From an uncultured Actinomycetota bacterium (GTDB lineage: Bacteria; Actinomycetota; Actinomycetes; CAVWCF01): a stretch of DNA of 64,000 nt. Shown here piece after piece: positions 11,528-22,479 of the stretch. The stretch covers positions 160,001 to 224,000 of the forward strand of contig CAVWCF010000001.1 in assembly GCA_963753435.1 (NCBI GenBank). Reading direction: 5' to 3'. How positions within the stretch are numbered: position 1 is the first letter of the stretch; each line of letters starts with the position of its first letter. Position numbers and translations under genes: made by a program. Below the pieces are notes generated by a model. The model did no database searches, was not told the DNA's origin, and saw only the letters and a list, made by a program, of their open reading frames with translations.

Positions 11528-11602
11528 GCCGTCGCGGCCCTCGCCACCGGACCAGAGTTGCCCCGCCCGTAGGCTGCGGTCGCCCGCCAGCCTTGGAGAG
11601 TC

Positions 11603-11866
11603 ATGAAGACGTTCGATGAACTGTTCCGAGAGGTGTCGCAACGCGCCGTCGCTCGGCCGGACGGTTCGGTGACCGTGCGGCTGCTCGACGCCGGCGTCCA
11701 CGAGATCGGCAAGAAGCTCGTCGAGGAGGCCGCGGAATCCTGGATGGCCGCCGAGCACGAGGGATCTGAGCGGACCGCGGAGGAACTGGCCCAACTGCTG
11801 TACCACGCACAGGTTCTTATGGTGGCCACCGGTTTGTCCCTCGATGACGTCTACGCGAGGCTCTGA
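11603..11866 (+). CDS. hisE: Phosphoribosyl-ATP diphosphatase
   Basis: [24 protein letters not shown]; TAGGCT at 11570 and GGAG SD. Confidence 0.95.
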   Translation: MKTFDELFREVSQRAVARPDGSVTVRLLDAGVHEIGKKLVEEAAESWMAAEHEGSERTAEELAQLLYHAQVLMVATGLSLDDVYARL

Positions 11867-12715
11867 ATGCTGACAGTTGCCGTACCCAACAAGGGTTCGC
11901 TGGCCGCTGAGGCCAGCGAAATGCTGCGTGAAGCCGGGTACCGCCAGCGCACCGATTCCCGCGAGTTGGTGCTGCGCGACCCGGACAACGACACGGAGTT
12001 CTTCTTCCTCCGGCCGCGGGACATCGCCACGTACGTGGGGTCCGGTCGGTTGGAGGTCGGGATCACCGGGCGAGACCTGTTGCTGGACTCGCGCGCGGAG
12101 GCACGGGAGATCCTGACCCTGGGATTCGGGGCTTCCACATTTCGTTTCGCTTCCGCCGGTGGGCAGATCACGTCCGTGGCGGAGTTGACGGGTCAGCGGA
12201 TCGCTACTTCATACCCTGGTCTGGTCGAATCCCACCTGTCCTCGTTGGGTGTCACCGGGACGGACGTCATCCGGCTCGACGGTGCCGTGGAGACCGCGGT
12301 GCGCCTGGGGGTGGCCGACGTGATCGCCGACGTTGTCGCTACCGGTACCACGCTGCGGCAGGCGGGCCTGGAGCCCTTTGGGGATCCGATCCTGCAGTCC
12401 GAAGCGGTGCTGATCCGACGCTGGGACGCCGATACCGATCCCCAGGTCGATCAGTTGATGCGCCGCATGCAGGGCGTGAAGGTTGCCCGCACGTACGTGA
12501 TGATGGATTACGACGTACCCGCCGATTTGGTCGATGCTGCAGTGGCGCTGACCCCAGGCATCGAGTCGCCCACGGTTTCACCACTGCACCGGGAGGGCTG
12601 GGTAGCTGTCCGGGCGATGGTCCCGCGGGCGCAGACGAATCGGGTGATGGACGCGCTATGGGACGTGGGTGCCCGCGGCATCCTCGTCACCGACATTCAC
12701 GCCTGCCGGCTGTGA
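11867..12715 (+). CDS. hisG: ATP phosphoribosyltransferase (long form)
   Basis: AVPNKGSL, LRPRDIA, DVVATGTTL, ESPTVSPL. Confidence 0.97.
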   Translation: MLTVAVPNKGSLAAEASEMLREAGYRQRTDSRELVLRDPDNDTEFFFLRPRDIATYVGSGRLEVGITGRDLLLDSRAEAREILTLGFGASTFRFASAGGQITSVAELTGQRIATSYPGLVESHLSSLGVTGTDVIRLDGAVETAVRLGVADVIADVVATGTTLRQAGLEPFGDPILQSEAVLIRRWDADTDPQVDQLMRRMQGVKVARTYVMMDYDVPADLVDAAVALTPGIESPTVSPLHREGWVAVRAMVPRAQTNRVMDALWDVGARGILVTDIHACRL

Positions 12716-13473
12716 CCTCCGGCCCCGCGGACGCCAGGCCCGAGAACTCCAGCTCACCGCCGAGGTTCGCCGGGGCGCATCTGACCGGGTCCGCGTTCCC
12801 CGACGATGACGGGACCGCCGACCCGGCTGTTGCGCTCGCGCTTGCTGAGCACGCCGCGGGCGGGCCGGCTCGCTCCGTTCAACAGGCCCTGCTTGGCACC
12901 CGGTTGCTCGTGCCCGTGGTCGCGATGCTGGAGGAGTCGGAGGTCTCGGCGACGGGAGTGACGGTCGACAAGCAGTCCTCGATGGCGACCGTTACCGTCC
13001 TCGGCACCAGCGGCAAGTCCGCGGTACCGGTGTTCACCTCGATGGCGACGATGGTCGCCTGGCGGCCCGATGCCCGTCCCAGTGCGGTGTCGGCGGAGTA
13101 CGCCGCAGCGGCCGCGCTCCAGGACGCCGACGCGCTGCTCATCGACCCGGCGGGGCCGCATCGCCTGGTCTTGGCCGGGGCCGGTTTGCGCGCCCTCGCC
13201 GCTGGCCGGGCCTGGCTACCCCTACCTGAGGACGCCGACTTGGCCCGCGAGTTGAACGAGGTAGTCGCCGACCTCGGCGTCGAGGTATTGGTCGTGGCAA
13301 CCACCAGCGCCAACGACGACGCGGACTTGGTGGTGGTCCAAGGCGCTGCGTCCGAAGCTAAAGCCGAAGCCGAAGCGACTGTCATCACGCAACGAATCGT
13401 GCAGTTGCCGGCGCTGCGGGAACGTGTGGAGCGCGGAGTGCGAATTCGGTTCGAACGACACGCGGGGCAGTGA
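12712..13473 (+). CDS. SseB-family protein
   Basis: FPDDDGTADP, RLLVPVVA, PVFTS..AWRPDARP pattern of actinobacterial SseB-like proteins; GTGA overlap. Confidence 0.75.
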   Translation: MTSGPADARPENSSSPPRFAGAHLTGSAFPDDDGTADPAVALALAEHAAGGPARSVQQALLGTRLLVPVVAMLEESEVSATGVTVDKQSSMATVTVLGTSGKSAVPVFTSMATMVAWRPDARPSAVSAEYAAAAALQDADALLIDPAGPHRLVLAGAGLRALAAGRAWLPLPEDADLARELNEVVADLGVEVLVVATTSANDDADLVVVQGAASEAKAEAEATVITQRIVQLPALRERVERGVRIRFERHAGQ

Positions 13474-13524
13474 TGTTCGACTACAGCTACGAGGACCGCC
13501 ACGCTGCTCGCTGAGGAGGCTGTC

Positions 13525-14238
13525 ATGGGTCGCAAGGTTGCAGCGGAGTTCATCGGCACGTTCATCCTGGTGTTCGTCGCGGTCGGGACCGCGGTGTTCG
13601 CCATCGACGCGTCCACCGGGGTCGGCAAGGTCGGGGTGGCCCTGGCGTTCGGGTTCGTCCTGGTGGCCCTCGTGTACGCGATCGGCTCCGCCTCCGGCTG
13701 TCACATCAACCCGGCAGTCACGATCGGGGCGTTCCTGTCGCGGCGCATGGAATCCGGTGAGGTGCTGCCGTACCTGCTGGCGCAGTTCGCCGGGGGCATC
13801 CTGGGCGCCTTGCTCATCCAGGTCATCGTGAACGCCGGAGTTGTCGACCAGACGGGCGCGCTCGGCACCAATGCGTTCGACACCCCGGGAAATCCGATCT
13901 CGCTGGCTGGGGCGCTGCTGGCCGAGATCCTGCTGACCGCGATCTTCGTCCTGGTGGTGCTCCTGGTCACCCAAGACGGTGGATCGCATCCGGCCGCCAC
14001 CGGTCTGGCAATCGGCGCAGCCCTCTTCATCGTGCACCTGGTCGGGATAAACCTCACCGGGACCTCGGTGAACCCGGCTCGTAGTTTCGGGCCGGCCCTG
14101 GTCGAGGGCGGCGAGGCGCTGAAGCAGGTTTGGCTGTTCATCGTGGCGCCGCTGATCGGGGGAGTGCTGGCGGGGATCGTTGCCCCGTTCCTGAAGGATG
14201 ACGACTTCAGCGCGGTCGGTGGCGCCCGCAGCAACTGA
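13525..14238 (+). CDS. MIP-family aquaporin (AqpZ-like)
   Basis: SGCHINPAVT and TSVNPARS NPA boxes, six hydrophobic helices, GAGGAGG SD. Confidence 0.95.
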   Translation: MGRKVAAEFIGTFILVFVAVGTAVFAIDASTGVGKVGVALAFGFVLVALVYAIGSASGCHINPAVTIGAFLSRRMESGEVLPYLLAQFAGGILGALLIQVIVNAGVVDQTGALGTNAFDTPGNPISLAGALLAEILLTAIFVLVVLLVTQDGGSHPAATGLAIGAALFIVHLVGINLTGTSVNPARSFGPALVEGGEALKQVWLFIVAPLIGGVLAGIVAPFLKDDDFSAVGGARSN

Positions 14239-14284
14239 ATCCCTGGATTTCGCTGGGGTCCCGCCCGGCTGGTATCTTTCGGCC

Positions 14285-14460
14285 GCGCCCCTCTCCAGAG
14301 AGGCGCTCACGAAGCGGAGTTCGACTCCCACCTGGCGGCGCTCAGCCGTTCGGGTCAGCGCACCGAAAGGTGCTGAGTCGGCCTTCGCTCGTGCCCGAGC
14401 GCGGGCCGTTTCCATTTGGCCCAACGGTTGGGAACTGAAGCCGGCCAACTAGGAGGACCC
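14285..14460 (+). promoter_or_regulatory. Structured 5' leader of the infC-rpmI-rplT operon
   Basis: TATCTT at 14273-14278; hairpins 14285-14306, GGAGT-TCG-ACTCC 14316-14328, GCACC-GAAA-GGTGC within 14356-14375. Confidence 0.55.
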
Positions 14461-15069
14461 ATCAGCATCGAGCCCCGCATTAACGACCGGATCCGCGTTC
14501 CCGAGGTTCGCCTCGTCGGACCGAACGGCGAACAGGTTGGCATCGTGCGTGTCGAGGACGCGCTACGGCTGGCCCAGGAGGCTGACCTCGATCTCGTCGA
14601 GGTGTCCCCAGATTCTCGCCCCCCGGTGTGCAAGCTCATGGACTACGGCAAGTTCAAGTACGAGTCGGCCATGAAGGCGCGCGAATCGCGGAAGAACCAG
14701 GCGCAGACAGTGATCAAGGAGATCAAGCTGCGTCCGAAGATCGACCCGCACGACTACGAGACCAAGAAGGGTCACGTGGTTCGGTTCTTGAAGCAGGGCG
14801 ACAAGGTGAAGGTCACCATCATGTTCCGCGGCCGGGAGCAGTCGCGGCCGGAGTTGGGTTTCCGGCTGCTGCAGCGGCTGGCCGAGGACGTGGCCGAACT
14901 GGGCAGCGTCGAGTCGGCGCCGAAGCAGGACGGCCGGAACATGATCATGGTGTTGGGGCCACACAAGAAGAAGTCCGAAGCGATGGCCGAGGCCAAGGCT
15001 GAGCGCGAAGAGCGTCGTCGGCTTCGGGACGAAGAGCGCAGCGGAGTCGCCGACTCCGCGTCCGCCTGA
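14461..15069 (+). CDS. infC: Translation initiation factor IF-3 (non-canonical ATC start)
   Basis: [34 protein letters not shown]; AGGAGG SD at 14451-14456 followed by in-frame ATC. Confidence 0.96.
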   Translation: MSIEPRINDRIRVPEVRLVGPNGEQVGIVRVEDALRLAQEADLDLVEVSPDSRPPVCKLMDYGKFKYESAMKARESRKNQAQTVIKEIKLRPKIDPHDYETKKGHVVRFLKQGDKVKVTIMFRGREQSRPELGFRLLQRLAEDVAELGSVESAPKQDGRNMIMVLGPHKKKSEAMAEAKAEREERRRLRDEERSGVADSASA

Positions 15070-15086
15070 TCCGAGAGAGGTACGAA

Positions 15087-15281
15087 ATGCCGAAGATGAA
15101 GACCCACAGCGGAGCCAAGAAGCGCTTCCGCGTCACGGGATCCGGGCGGATCATGCGGGAACGTGCCAACCGCCGCCACCTGCTCGAAGGCAAGTCGAGC
15201 AAGCGCACCCGGCGCCTGGCCGTGGATGTGGAAATGGCTCCGGCCGACGTCAAGACCGTCAAGAAGCTGCTGGGCCGCTGA
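15087..15281 (+). CDS. rpmI: 50S ribosomal protein L35
   Basis: [20 protein letters not shown]. Confidence 0.98.
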   Translation: MPKMKTHSGAKKRFRVTGSGRIMRERANRRHLLEGKSSKRTRRLAVDVEMAPADVKTVKKLLGR

Positions 15282-15311
15282 CGCCCGCTTGAGAACTACT
15301 GAGGAGATCAA

Positions 15312-15692
15312 ATGGCACGCGTCAAGCGGGCAGTCAATGCCAAGAAGAAGCGCCGCGAGGTCCTGGACGAGGCCAAGGGGTACCGGGGGCAGCGCTCCCG
15401 GCTCTACCGCAAGGCCAAGGAGCAGGTAACCCACTCCGGCGTCTACAGCTACGCCCACCGTCGCGCCCGCAAGGGTGATTTCCGGCGGCTCTGGATCCAG
15501 CGCATCAACGCTGCCGCCCGGGCCAACGGCATGACGTACAACCGGTTCATCCAGGGCTTGGGCCTGGCCGGTATCGACGTCGATCGCCGCATGTTGGCCG
15601 AGTTGGCGGTGAACGACCCGGCGGCTTTCGCCAGCCTGGTCGAGGTCGCCGGCAGCGCACTTCCGGCTGACCGGAACGCGCCGGTCGCCTGA
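15312..15692 (+). CDS. rplT: 50S ribosomal protein L20
   Basis: [22 protein letters not shown]. Confidence 0.98.
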   Translation: MARVKRAVNAKKKRREVLDEAKGYRGQRSRLYRKAKEQVTHSGVYSYAHRRARKGDFRRLWIQRINAAARANGMTYNRFIQGLGLAGIDVDRRMLAELAVNDPAAFASLVEVAGSALPADRNAPVA

Positions 15693-15694
15693 TC

Positions 15695-16495
15695 GTGGCC
15701 CCGGACGGGCCGTCGTCGCCGCGTGATACGCGGTTGGCGGCGGCCCGTCGCCTTTTGCATCGGCACCAGCGGGAGAAGACCGGGCGGTTCCTGGCCGAGG
15801 GGCCGCAGGCGGTCCGGGAGGCCCTGCGCCACGCAGACGTTCACGATCTGTTCGTCACCGAAGCCGCGCGGGAGCGCCACGAGGACCTGGTCCAGGCAGC
15901 GGAGTCGGCCAGCGTTGCAGTGCACGTGCGCAGCGACGCCCAACTGCAATCCTTGTCCGAGACGGTCACGCCGCAGGGGCTGGTTGCCGTCTGCGATCAG
16001 GTGGCTCGGCCCTTCGCCGCAACGGACCTCTCGGGAACCCGGTTGGTGGCGGTGCTGGTCGAGGCGCGCGACCCAGGAAACGTCGGCACCATCATCCGCG
16101 TCGCCGATGCGGCCGGTGCCGATGCGGTTGTGCTTACCGCCGGCAGTGTCGACCCGCACAACGGCAAGTGCGTTCGGTCCAGCGCCGGCAGCCTGTTCCA
16201 CCTTCCGGTGCTGACCGGACTGGCAGTTGCGGACACGGTTGCGCTGCTGACGTCGGCCGGTCTGCAGGTCTTGGCGGCGGATGCGACCGGCGTAAGCGTC
16301 GACGAAGCGGATGACCTCTTGGGTTCGCCGAGTGCCTGGCTGTTTGGAAACGAGGCCCATGGTCTGCCCTCGGCGCTTGTCGCTGCCGCCGATCGTGTCT
16401 TGGCCGTCCCGATCCACGGCAAGGCGGAGAGCCTCAACCTTTCGACCGCGGCGGCCGTTTGCCTGTACTCGTCCGCACGTCGGTTGCGGACCTGA
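15695..16495 (+). CDS. TrmH/SpoU family RNA methyltransferase
   Basis: RDPGNVGTIIR, FGNEAHGL, ESLNLS SPOUT motifs. Confidence 0.93.
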   Translation: MAPDGPSSPRDTRLAAARRLLHRHQREKTGRFLAEGPQAVREALRHADVHDLFVTEAARERHEDLVQAAESASVAVHVRSDAQLQSLSETVTPQGLVAVCDQVARPFAATDLSGTRLVAVLVEARDPGNVGTIIRVADAAGADAVVLTAGSVDPHNGKCVRSSAGSLFHLPVLTGLAVADTVALLTSAGLQVLAADATGVSVDEADDLLGSPSAWLFGNEAHGLPSALVAAADRVLAVPIHGKAESLNLSTAAAVCLYSSARRLRT

Positions 16496-16612
16496 GCTGC
16501 GACTTGTTGCCGGGTCGCGGCGTCTGACCAGGTCAGCTGCCAACCGCGCTGGCTCATAGACTCACGCCCCTAGTCACGCGATCTTGAGGAATTGGGAGGG
16601 CGCAGGTCGGTC

Positions 16613-17725
16613 ATGTCCGCACCCAATTCCGAGTACGACCCGGTCCAGGTGACCCCGCTGGACGCGCCAGCGGTCGAGGCAGCGGTGGAGTCGGCGCTGG
16701 CTGCCATCAGCGCCAGCTCGGACCTGGACGAGCTCAAATCGGCGAGGTTGGCCCACGCCGGGGATCGCTCGCCGCTGGCGCTGGCCAATAGGGAGATCGG
16801 TGCCTTGCCGCCGGCGGCCCGCGCCGACGCCGGCAAGCGGGTGGGCGCGGCTCGCGGTCGCATCAGCCAGGCCCTGGGCCAGCGGCAAGGCGAGCTGGAA
16901 GCCCAACGGGACGCCGCGGTGCTGGTGTCCGAAGCCGTGGACGTCACCCTGCCCTGGGATCGGCGACTGCGCGGCGCTCGGCATCCGCTCACGTCCATCG
17001 TCGACCGGATCGCCGACATCTTCATCGCCATGGGCTACGAGGTGGCCGATGGCCCGGAGGTGGAGGCGGAGTGGTTCAACTTCGACGCCTTGAACATCCC
17101 CCCGGACCACCCGGCGCGGGAGATGACTGACACCTTTTTCGTCGAGGACGCCGATTCCGGTCTGGTCCTGCGCACCCATACCTCGCCGGTGCAGGCGCGG
17201 GTGATGCTTTCGGGGCGCAAGCCGCCGATCGCTGTCATTTGCCCGGGACGGGTCTTCCGCACCGACGAGTTGGACGCCACCCATACCCCGGTGTTCAACC
17301 AGGTCGAGGGACTGGTGGTCGACGAGGGCATCACCATGGCGCACCTGAAGGGGACTCTCGACCACTTCGCCGAGCAGATGTTCGGAAGCGGGATCGTCAC
17401 CCGGCTACGGCCCAGCTACTTCCCATTCACCGAGCCGAGCGCGGAGGTGGACCTGGAGTGCTTCGTCTGTCGTGGCGCCTCCGTGGGCGACCCGGACCGA
17501 CCGTGCCGAACCTGCTCCTCGGAGGGGTGGATCGAGTGGGGTGGGTGCGGCATGGTGAATCCGCGTGTCCTCGTGGCGTGCGGAATAGACCCGGAGCGCT
17601 ACACCGGATTCGCCTTCGGGATGGGCCTTGAACGCACGCTGATGTTCCGTCACGACGTCACCGACATGCGCGACATGGTCGAAGGCGACGTGCGCTTCTC
17701 CCTCCCGTTCGGCATGGAGGTGTGA
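16613..17725 (+). CDS. pheS: Phenylalanyl-tRNA synthetase alpha subunit
   Basis: [38 protein letters not shown]. Confidence 0.98.
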   Translation: MSAPNSEYDPVQVTPLDAPAVEAAVESALAAISASSDLDELKSARLAHAGDRSPLALANREIGALPPAARADAGKRVGAARGRISQALGQRQGELEAQRDAAVLVSEAVDVTLPWDRRLRGARHPLTSIVDRIADIFIAMGYEVADGPEVEAEWFNFDALNIPPDHPAREMTDTFFVEDADSGLVLRTHTSPVQARVMLSGRKPPIAVICPGRVFRTDELDATHTPVFNQVEGLVVDEGITMAHLKGTLDHFAEQMFGSGIVTRLRPSYFPFTEPSAEVDLECFVCRGASVGDPDRPCRTCSSEGWIEWGGCGMVNPRVLVACGIDPERYTGFAFGMGLERTLMFRHDVTDMRDMVEGDVRFSLPFGMEV

Positions 17726-20202
17726 TGCGCGTTCCCTTGTCGTGGTTGGCCGATTACGTGCAACTGCCACCTGCAGTGACTGCACGGGAACTGGCCGAGG
17801 CGCTGATTCGGGTCGGCCTGGAGGTCGAGACCGTCGAGGAGATCGGCGCTGATCTGACCGGTCCGTTGGTGATCGGGCGGGTGCTGGAATTCGCCGAGGA
17901 GGAGCACTCCAACGGCAAGACGATCCGCTGGTGCAACGTCGACGTGGGCGGTTCCCAACCGCAAGGCATCGTGTGTGGTGCCCGCAACTTCGCAGTCGGC
18001 GACTACGTGGTCGTGGCGCTTCCGGGAGCGGTGCTTCCGGGTGGATTCCAGATCGCTGCGCGCAAGACCTACGGGCACGTGTCGGAGGGGATGATCTGCT
18101 CGGTCCGCGAACTTGGCATCGGGGACGACCACGACGGCATCCTGATTCTGAGTGACCGGGACCGGGGCGGCGCGGAGATCGGCTCCGATGCGCGCGTCGC
18201 GCTCGGACTGCCCGACGCGGTCCTGGACATCGCGGTGACGCCCGACCGTGGCTACTGCCTGAGCCTGCGCGGTGTTGCGCGCGAAGCGGCGTGCGCTTTT
18301 GATCTGCCGTTCACCGATCCGGCGGCCAGGCCGCTGCCCGAGTTGGGCGCTGGCTGGCCGGTCGAAGTAGTCGACTCGGCCGGTTGCGACCGGTTCGTCG
18401 CCCGGTCGGTTACCGGTCTTGATCCCAACGCGGTATCGCCGTTGTGGCTGCGAACCCGCCTGCACCTGGCCGGAATGCGTCCGATCGGTCTGGCCGTCGA
18501 CATCACCAACTACGTGATGCTGGAACTGGGCCAACCGATCCATGGCTATGCCGCCGACCGCCTGCGTGGCGCGCTGCAAGTGCGCCGGGCGGCCGCGGGG
18601 GAGCGGTTGCAGACCCTGGACGGCACCGATCGCAGCCTGGACCAGGACGATCTGCTCATCGTGGATGACAGTGGTCCTATCGGTATCGCCGGGGTCATGG
18701 GTGGTGCCACGACCGAGATGGCCGATACGACCACCGACGTTGTGGTGGAAGCCGCGCACTTCGACGCGATCGCCATCAGCCGGTCAGCACGGCGCCACAA
18801 GCTGCCCAGCGAAGCGAGCCGCCGTTTCGCCCGAGGCGTGGACCCGGATCTGCCTGGTGCTGCCGCCGACCGGGTTGTGTCGCTACTGGTTGAACTGGGC
18901 GGTGCGCGTGACACCGGACTGGGCACCGACGTCGACACCCGCCCCGGCGTGCGACCGATCGCCATGGGTTCGCAGTTCCCGAGCCGGCTGGCCGGCATGG
19001 AGATAGCCGACGAAGAGGTCGTCTCCCGGCTGCGGTCGGTCGGCTGCACGGTGGACTCCGGCGACGGCAGGGTGGAGGTGCTGCCCCCGACTTGGCGGCC
19101 GGATCTGCAGCAGCCGGCCGATCTGGTCGAAGAAGTCGTTCGCCTGCACGGCTACGACAAGTTGCCGAGCGTGCTGCCGAAGATCGCCGCGGGTGCTGGC
19201 CCTTCGATTCGCGAACGCCACCAGGTGCGGGTGATGCGAGTCCTGGCGGCGGCTGGACTCGTTGAAGTGCGCAACTACCCATTCGTCGGGCTGGAAGTTC
19301 TGGACGCGATGGGGCTGCAGCCGGACGATGACCGGCGCCGGATGGTGCGCTTGGCCAACCCGCTCTCCGAAGCCGAGCCCTTCCTGCAGACCATGCTCTT
19401 GCCAGGCCTGTTGGCCGCCGCGCGTCGCAATGTCGGTCGGGGGCTGACCGACCTGGCGCTGTTCGAGGTGGGCCGGGTGTTCCGACCCGGCGATGCCGCC
19501 ACGCGAGCGCTGCGGCCTGGGGTGGACGGTCCGCCCAGCGACGCCGAGTTGAAGGCGATCGACGCCGCGCTTCCGGATCAGCCGCGGCACCTTGCGGCGG
19601 TGCTGACCGGTCATGCCGCCCGGCCCGGCTGGTGGGGGACCGGACGACTGGCCACTTGGGGTGACGCCATTCAGGTGGCTCGACAGGCGGCGGAGGCGAT
19701 CGACGCTCCGCTGCGGGTGCGCTCCGGCGCCTTGGCGCCATGGCATCCCGGCCGCTGCGCGGAACTGGTCTTGGGTGAGGAGGTCATTGGCTACGCGGGG
19801 GAGTTGCATCCCAATGCTTGCGAGCAACTGGGCCTGCCGCCGCGGACCTGCGCGATGGAGCTGGACTTCCGCGCTCTCGGCTCGTACGCGGAGCCCCTCG
19901 TCAAGGCGCCGCACATCTCCACCTACCCGCCGGCCACCCTGGACCTGGCCCTCGTGGTGCCGGACGAGGTTTCGGCGGCCGACGTCACCGCCGCTTTGCG
20001 CACCGGTGCCGGCGACCTGCTCGAAGACCTACGCCTATTCGACGTGTACACCGGCGAACAGGTCGGCCCCGGGCACAAGTCGTTGGCCTTTGCGCTGACA
20101 TTCCGCGCCCCGGACCGCACGCTGACCACCGAGGAGGCGACCGCGGCCCGAGATGCCGCCGTCGCGGCGGCAGCAGGCCTGGGGGCCGCGCTGCGAGTCT
20201 GA
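17725..20202 (+). CDS. pheT: Phenylalanyl-tRNA synthetase beta subunit
   Basis: [41 protein letters not shown]; TGATG coupling. Confidence 0.98.
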   Translation: MRVPLSWLADYVQLPPAVTARELAEALIRVGLEVETVEEIGADLTGPLVIGRVLEFAEEEHSNGKTIRWCNVDVGGSQPQGIVCGARNFAVGDYVVVALPGAVLPGGFQIAARKTYGHVSEGMICSVRELGIGDDHDGILILSDRDRGGAEIGSDARVALGLPDAVLDIAVTPDRGYCLSLRGVAREAACAFDLPFTDPAARPLPELGAGWPVEVVDSAGCDRFVARSVTGLDPNAVSPLWLRTRLHLAGMRPIGLAVDITNYVMLELGQPIHGYAADRLRGALQVRRAAAGERLQTLDGTDRSLDQDDLLIVDDSGPIGIAGVMGGATTEMADTTTDVVVEAAHFDAIAISRSARRHKLPSEASRRFARGVDPDLPGAAADRVVSLLVELGGARDTGLGTDVDTRPGVRPIAMGSQFPSRLAGMEIADEEVVSRLRSVGCTVDSGDGRVEVLPPTWRPDLQQPADLVEEVVRLHGYDKLPSVLPKIAAGAGPSIRERHQVRVMRVLAAAGLVEVRNYPFVGLEVLDAMGLQPDDDRRRMVRLANPLSEAEPFLQTMLLPGLLAAARRNVGRGLTDLALFEVGRVFRPGDAATRALRPGVDGPPSDAELKAIDAALPDQPRHLAAVLTGHAARPGWWGTGRLATWGDAIQVARQAAEAIDAPLRVRSGALAPWHPGRCAELVLGEEVIGYAGELHPNACEQLGLPPRTCAMELDFRALGSYAEPLVKAPHISTYPPATLDLALVVPDEVSAADVTAALRTGAGDLLEDLRLFDVYTGEQVGPGHKSLAFALTFRAPDRTLTTEEATAARDAAVAAAAGLGAALRV

Positions 20203-20224
20203 TGCCGTCCGCCGGGCCCGGGTG

Positions 20225-20262
20225 TGTGAATAGACTTGCGGGGTATGGCATACTCACTCGCC
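20225..20262 (+). promoter_or_regulatory. Tandem ARG-box-like ArgR operator overlapping the argC promoter
   Basis: TGAATAgacttGCG and GCATActcactCG half-sites about 20 bp apart, AT-rich patch immediately upstream of the arg operon. Confidence 0.6.
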
Positions 20263-20293
20263 ATTGCAGGAAGCGGCAGTGATTGGGAGTGAG

Positions 20294-21331
20294 ATGCACA
20301 GGACGGTCGCGGTCGCCGGCGCCAGCGGTTATGCCGGCGGCGAGTTGCTGCGGTTGATCCTCGGTCATCCGCAACTTCAGTTGGGTCCGGTGGCTGCCAG
20401 CGGCAACGCCGGTCGCGCGGTGACCGCGGTGCATCCGCAACTGCCGGAACTTGCCGACGCCCATTTCGTCTCGACCGATGCCGATGCCTTGTCCGACTGC
20501 GACCTCTTGTTCTTGGCGCTGCCGCACGGCGAGTCAGCTGCCTTGGTGCGCAGCTTGCCGCCCGATCTGCCGATCGTGGACTTGGGCGCAGATTTCCGCC
20601 TCGACGATGCCGATGCTTGGGCGCAGTACTACCCGGGTGCCCCTGAGCACGCGGGCTCCTGGGTCTACGGCCTGCCGGAGCTGCCGGGGCAGCGGGACCG
20701 GATCCGCAACGCCAATCGGGTCGCTAACCCCGGGTGCTACGCAACAGCGGTGGCGCTGGCCTTGAGTCCGTTGCTCGGTGCCGGGTTGGTGGACCCCGAG
20801 GACCTGGTTGTCGTGGCCGCCTCGGGCACTTCTGGCGCAGGCCGCAAGGCGGTCGCGTCATTGCAGGCCAGCGAGGTTATGGGCTCGATGTCCGCGTACA
20901 AGGTGGGCGGCGTCCATCAGCACACGCCCGAGATCGAGCAGACCTTGGCCGCGGCGGCCGGCGAGCCGGTCCGGTTGTCCTTCACGCCCCTGTTGGCCCC
21001 GATGCCGCGGGGGATCCTGGCCACCTGCACGGCACGCTCGGCCCCGGATCAGGACACGGACACCATGCGGCAAGCAGTTCACGATGCCTATGCGACCGAA
21101 CCGTTCGTGCACCTGCTGCCGGCCGGGGTGTGGCCGACGACCTCGGCGACCGCAGGCTCCAACGCCGCGCAGCTGCAAGTGGCGGCCGACGCCCACTCAG
21201 GGCGCGCACTGGTCGTCATCGCCGAGGACAACCTCGGCAAGGGCGCTGCGGGCCAGGCGGTACAGAACGCCAACTTGTTGCTGGGCCTGGACGAGACTGC
21301 CGGGCTGTCCAGTCGGGGCGTGGCCCCGTGA
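20294..21331 (+). CDS. argC: N-acetyl-gamma-glutamyl-phosphate reductase
   Basis: GASGYAGGE, ANPGCY, SGTSGAGR, DNLGKGAAGQA. Confidence 0.97.
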   Translation: MHRTVAVAGASGYAGGELLRLILGHPQLQLGPVAASGNAGRAVTAVHPQLPELADAHFVSTDADALSDCDLLFLALPHGESAALVRSLPPDLPIVDLGADFRLDDADAWAQYYPGAPEHAGSWVYGLPELPGQRDRIRNANRVANPGCYATAVALALSPLLGAGLVDPEDLVVVAASGTSGAGRKAVASLQASEVMGSMSAYKVGGVHQHTPEIEQTLAAAAGEPVRLSFTPLLAPMPRGILATCTARSAPDQDTDTMRQAVHDAYATEPFVHLLPAGVWPTTSATAGSNAAQLQVAADAHSGRALVVIAEDNLGKGAAGQAVQNANLLLGLDETAGLSSRGVAP

Positions 21332-22479
21332 GCGTCACGGCCGCGACCGGATTCCGGGCCGCCGGAGTGGCCGCCGGGCTGAAGCAGTCGGGCAAACCAG
21401 ATGTGGCGGTCGTGGTCAACGACGGCCCCCTGCAGGTGGCTGCTGCGGTGTTCACGAGCAATCGGGTGCAGGCGGCTCCCGTCACCTGGACCCGCCAGTG
21501 CGTGGCTGACGGCGTGTTGGCAGCGGTTGTCCTCAACAGTGGGGGTGCCAACGCCTGCACCGGACCCGACGGCTTCGCGGACACCCACCGGACAGCCGAG
21601 CACGCCGCGCAAGCACTGGGCATCGGCGCCGGTGACGTCGGCGTCTGCTCGACCGGACTGATCGGCGTCCGGCTACCCATGCCGCAGCTGTTGGCGGGTG
21701 TAACCGCAGCGGTGGCCGAGTGCGCGCCCTCCGGTGGCATGGCGGCCGCCAATGCCATTCTCACCACCGACTCGGTGACCAAGACGGCCACGGCCTCCGG
21801 TTCGGGCTTCACCGTCGGCGGTATGGCCAAGGGCGCCGGAATGCTCGCGCCGGGACTGGCGACGATGCTCTGTGTCCTGACCACCGACGCAGTGCTGGAC
21901 CCGGCAACCGCGGATGCCGCGCTGCGACGGGCAACGAATCGGACGTTCGACCGCGTTGACTCCGATGGGTGCATGTCCACCAACGACACCGTCATCCTCA
22001 TGGCGTCGGGGGCATCCGGGGTCGAGCCGAGCGCTTCGGAGTTCGAAGAGTTGCTTCAGGATGTGTGCGCGGACCTGGCCGGTCAGCTGGTGGTCGATGC
22101 CGAGGGAGCCAGCAAGGTGGTCGCCATCGAGGTCGTCAACGCGGCCACTGAGACCGACGCGGTAACCGCCGGGCGGGCGGTCGCGCGCAGCAACTTGCTC
22201 AAATGCGCACTGCACGGTGAGGACCCCAACTGGGGTCGGGTGCTGGCGGCCGTCGGCACCACCAACGCCGCGTTCGAGCCCGATCGGATATCCGTTGCCA
22301 TCAATGGGGTTTGGGTGTGCCGGGATGGCTCGGTCGGGGCCGACCGCAGCGGTGTCGACATGACCGGCCGGGACGTCCGGATCGTGGTCGACCTCAACGC
22401 CGGGGTGTCCAAGGCGACGATCTGGACGAATGACCTGACGGCTGCGTACGTGCACGAGAACTCGGCCTACTCGACATGA
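21328..22479 (+). CDS. argJ: Ornithine acetyltransferase / N-acetylglutamate synthase
   Basis: [36 protein letters not shown]. Confidence 0.97.
   Translation: MSVTAATGFRAAGVAAGLKQSGKPDVAVVVNDGPLQVAAAVFTSNRVQAAPVTWTRQCVADGVLAAVVLNSGGANACTGPDGFADTHRTAEHAAQALGIGAGDVGVCSTGLIGVRLPMPQLLAGVTAAVAECAPSGGMAAANAILTTDSVTKTATASGSGFTVGGMAKGAGMLAPGLATMLCVLTTDAVLDPATADAALRRATNRTFDRVDSDGCMSTNDTVILMASGASGVEPSASEFEELLQDVCADLAGQLVVDAEGASKVVAIEVVNAATETDAVTAGRAVARSNLLKCALHGEDPNWGRVLAAVGTTNAAFEPDRISVAINGVWVCRDGSVGADRSGVDMTGRDVRIVVDLNAGVSKATIWTNDLTAAYVHENSAYST

Noticed and set aside
16496-16612. T-box upstream of pheS
   Set aside because: Too short and no T-box bulge consensus; only a hairpin and a TAGACT -10
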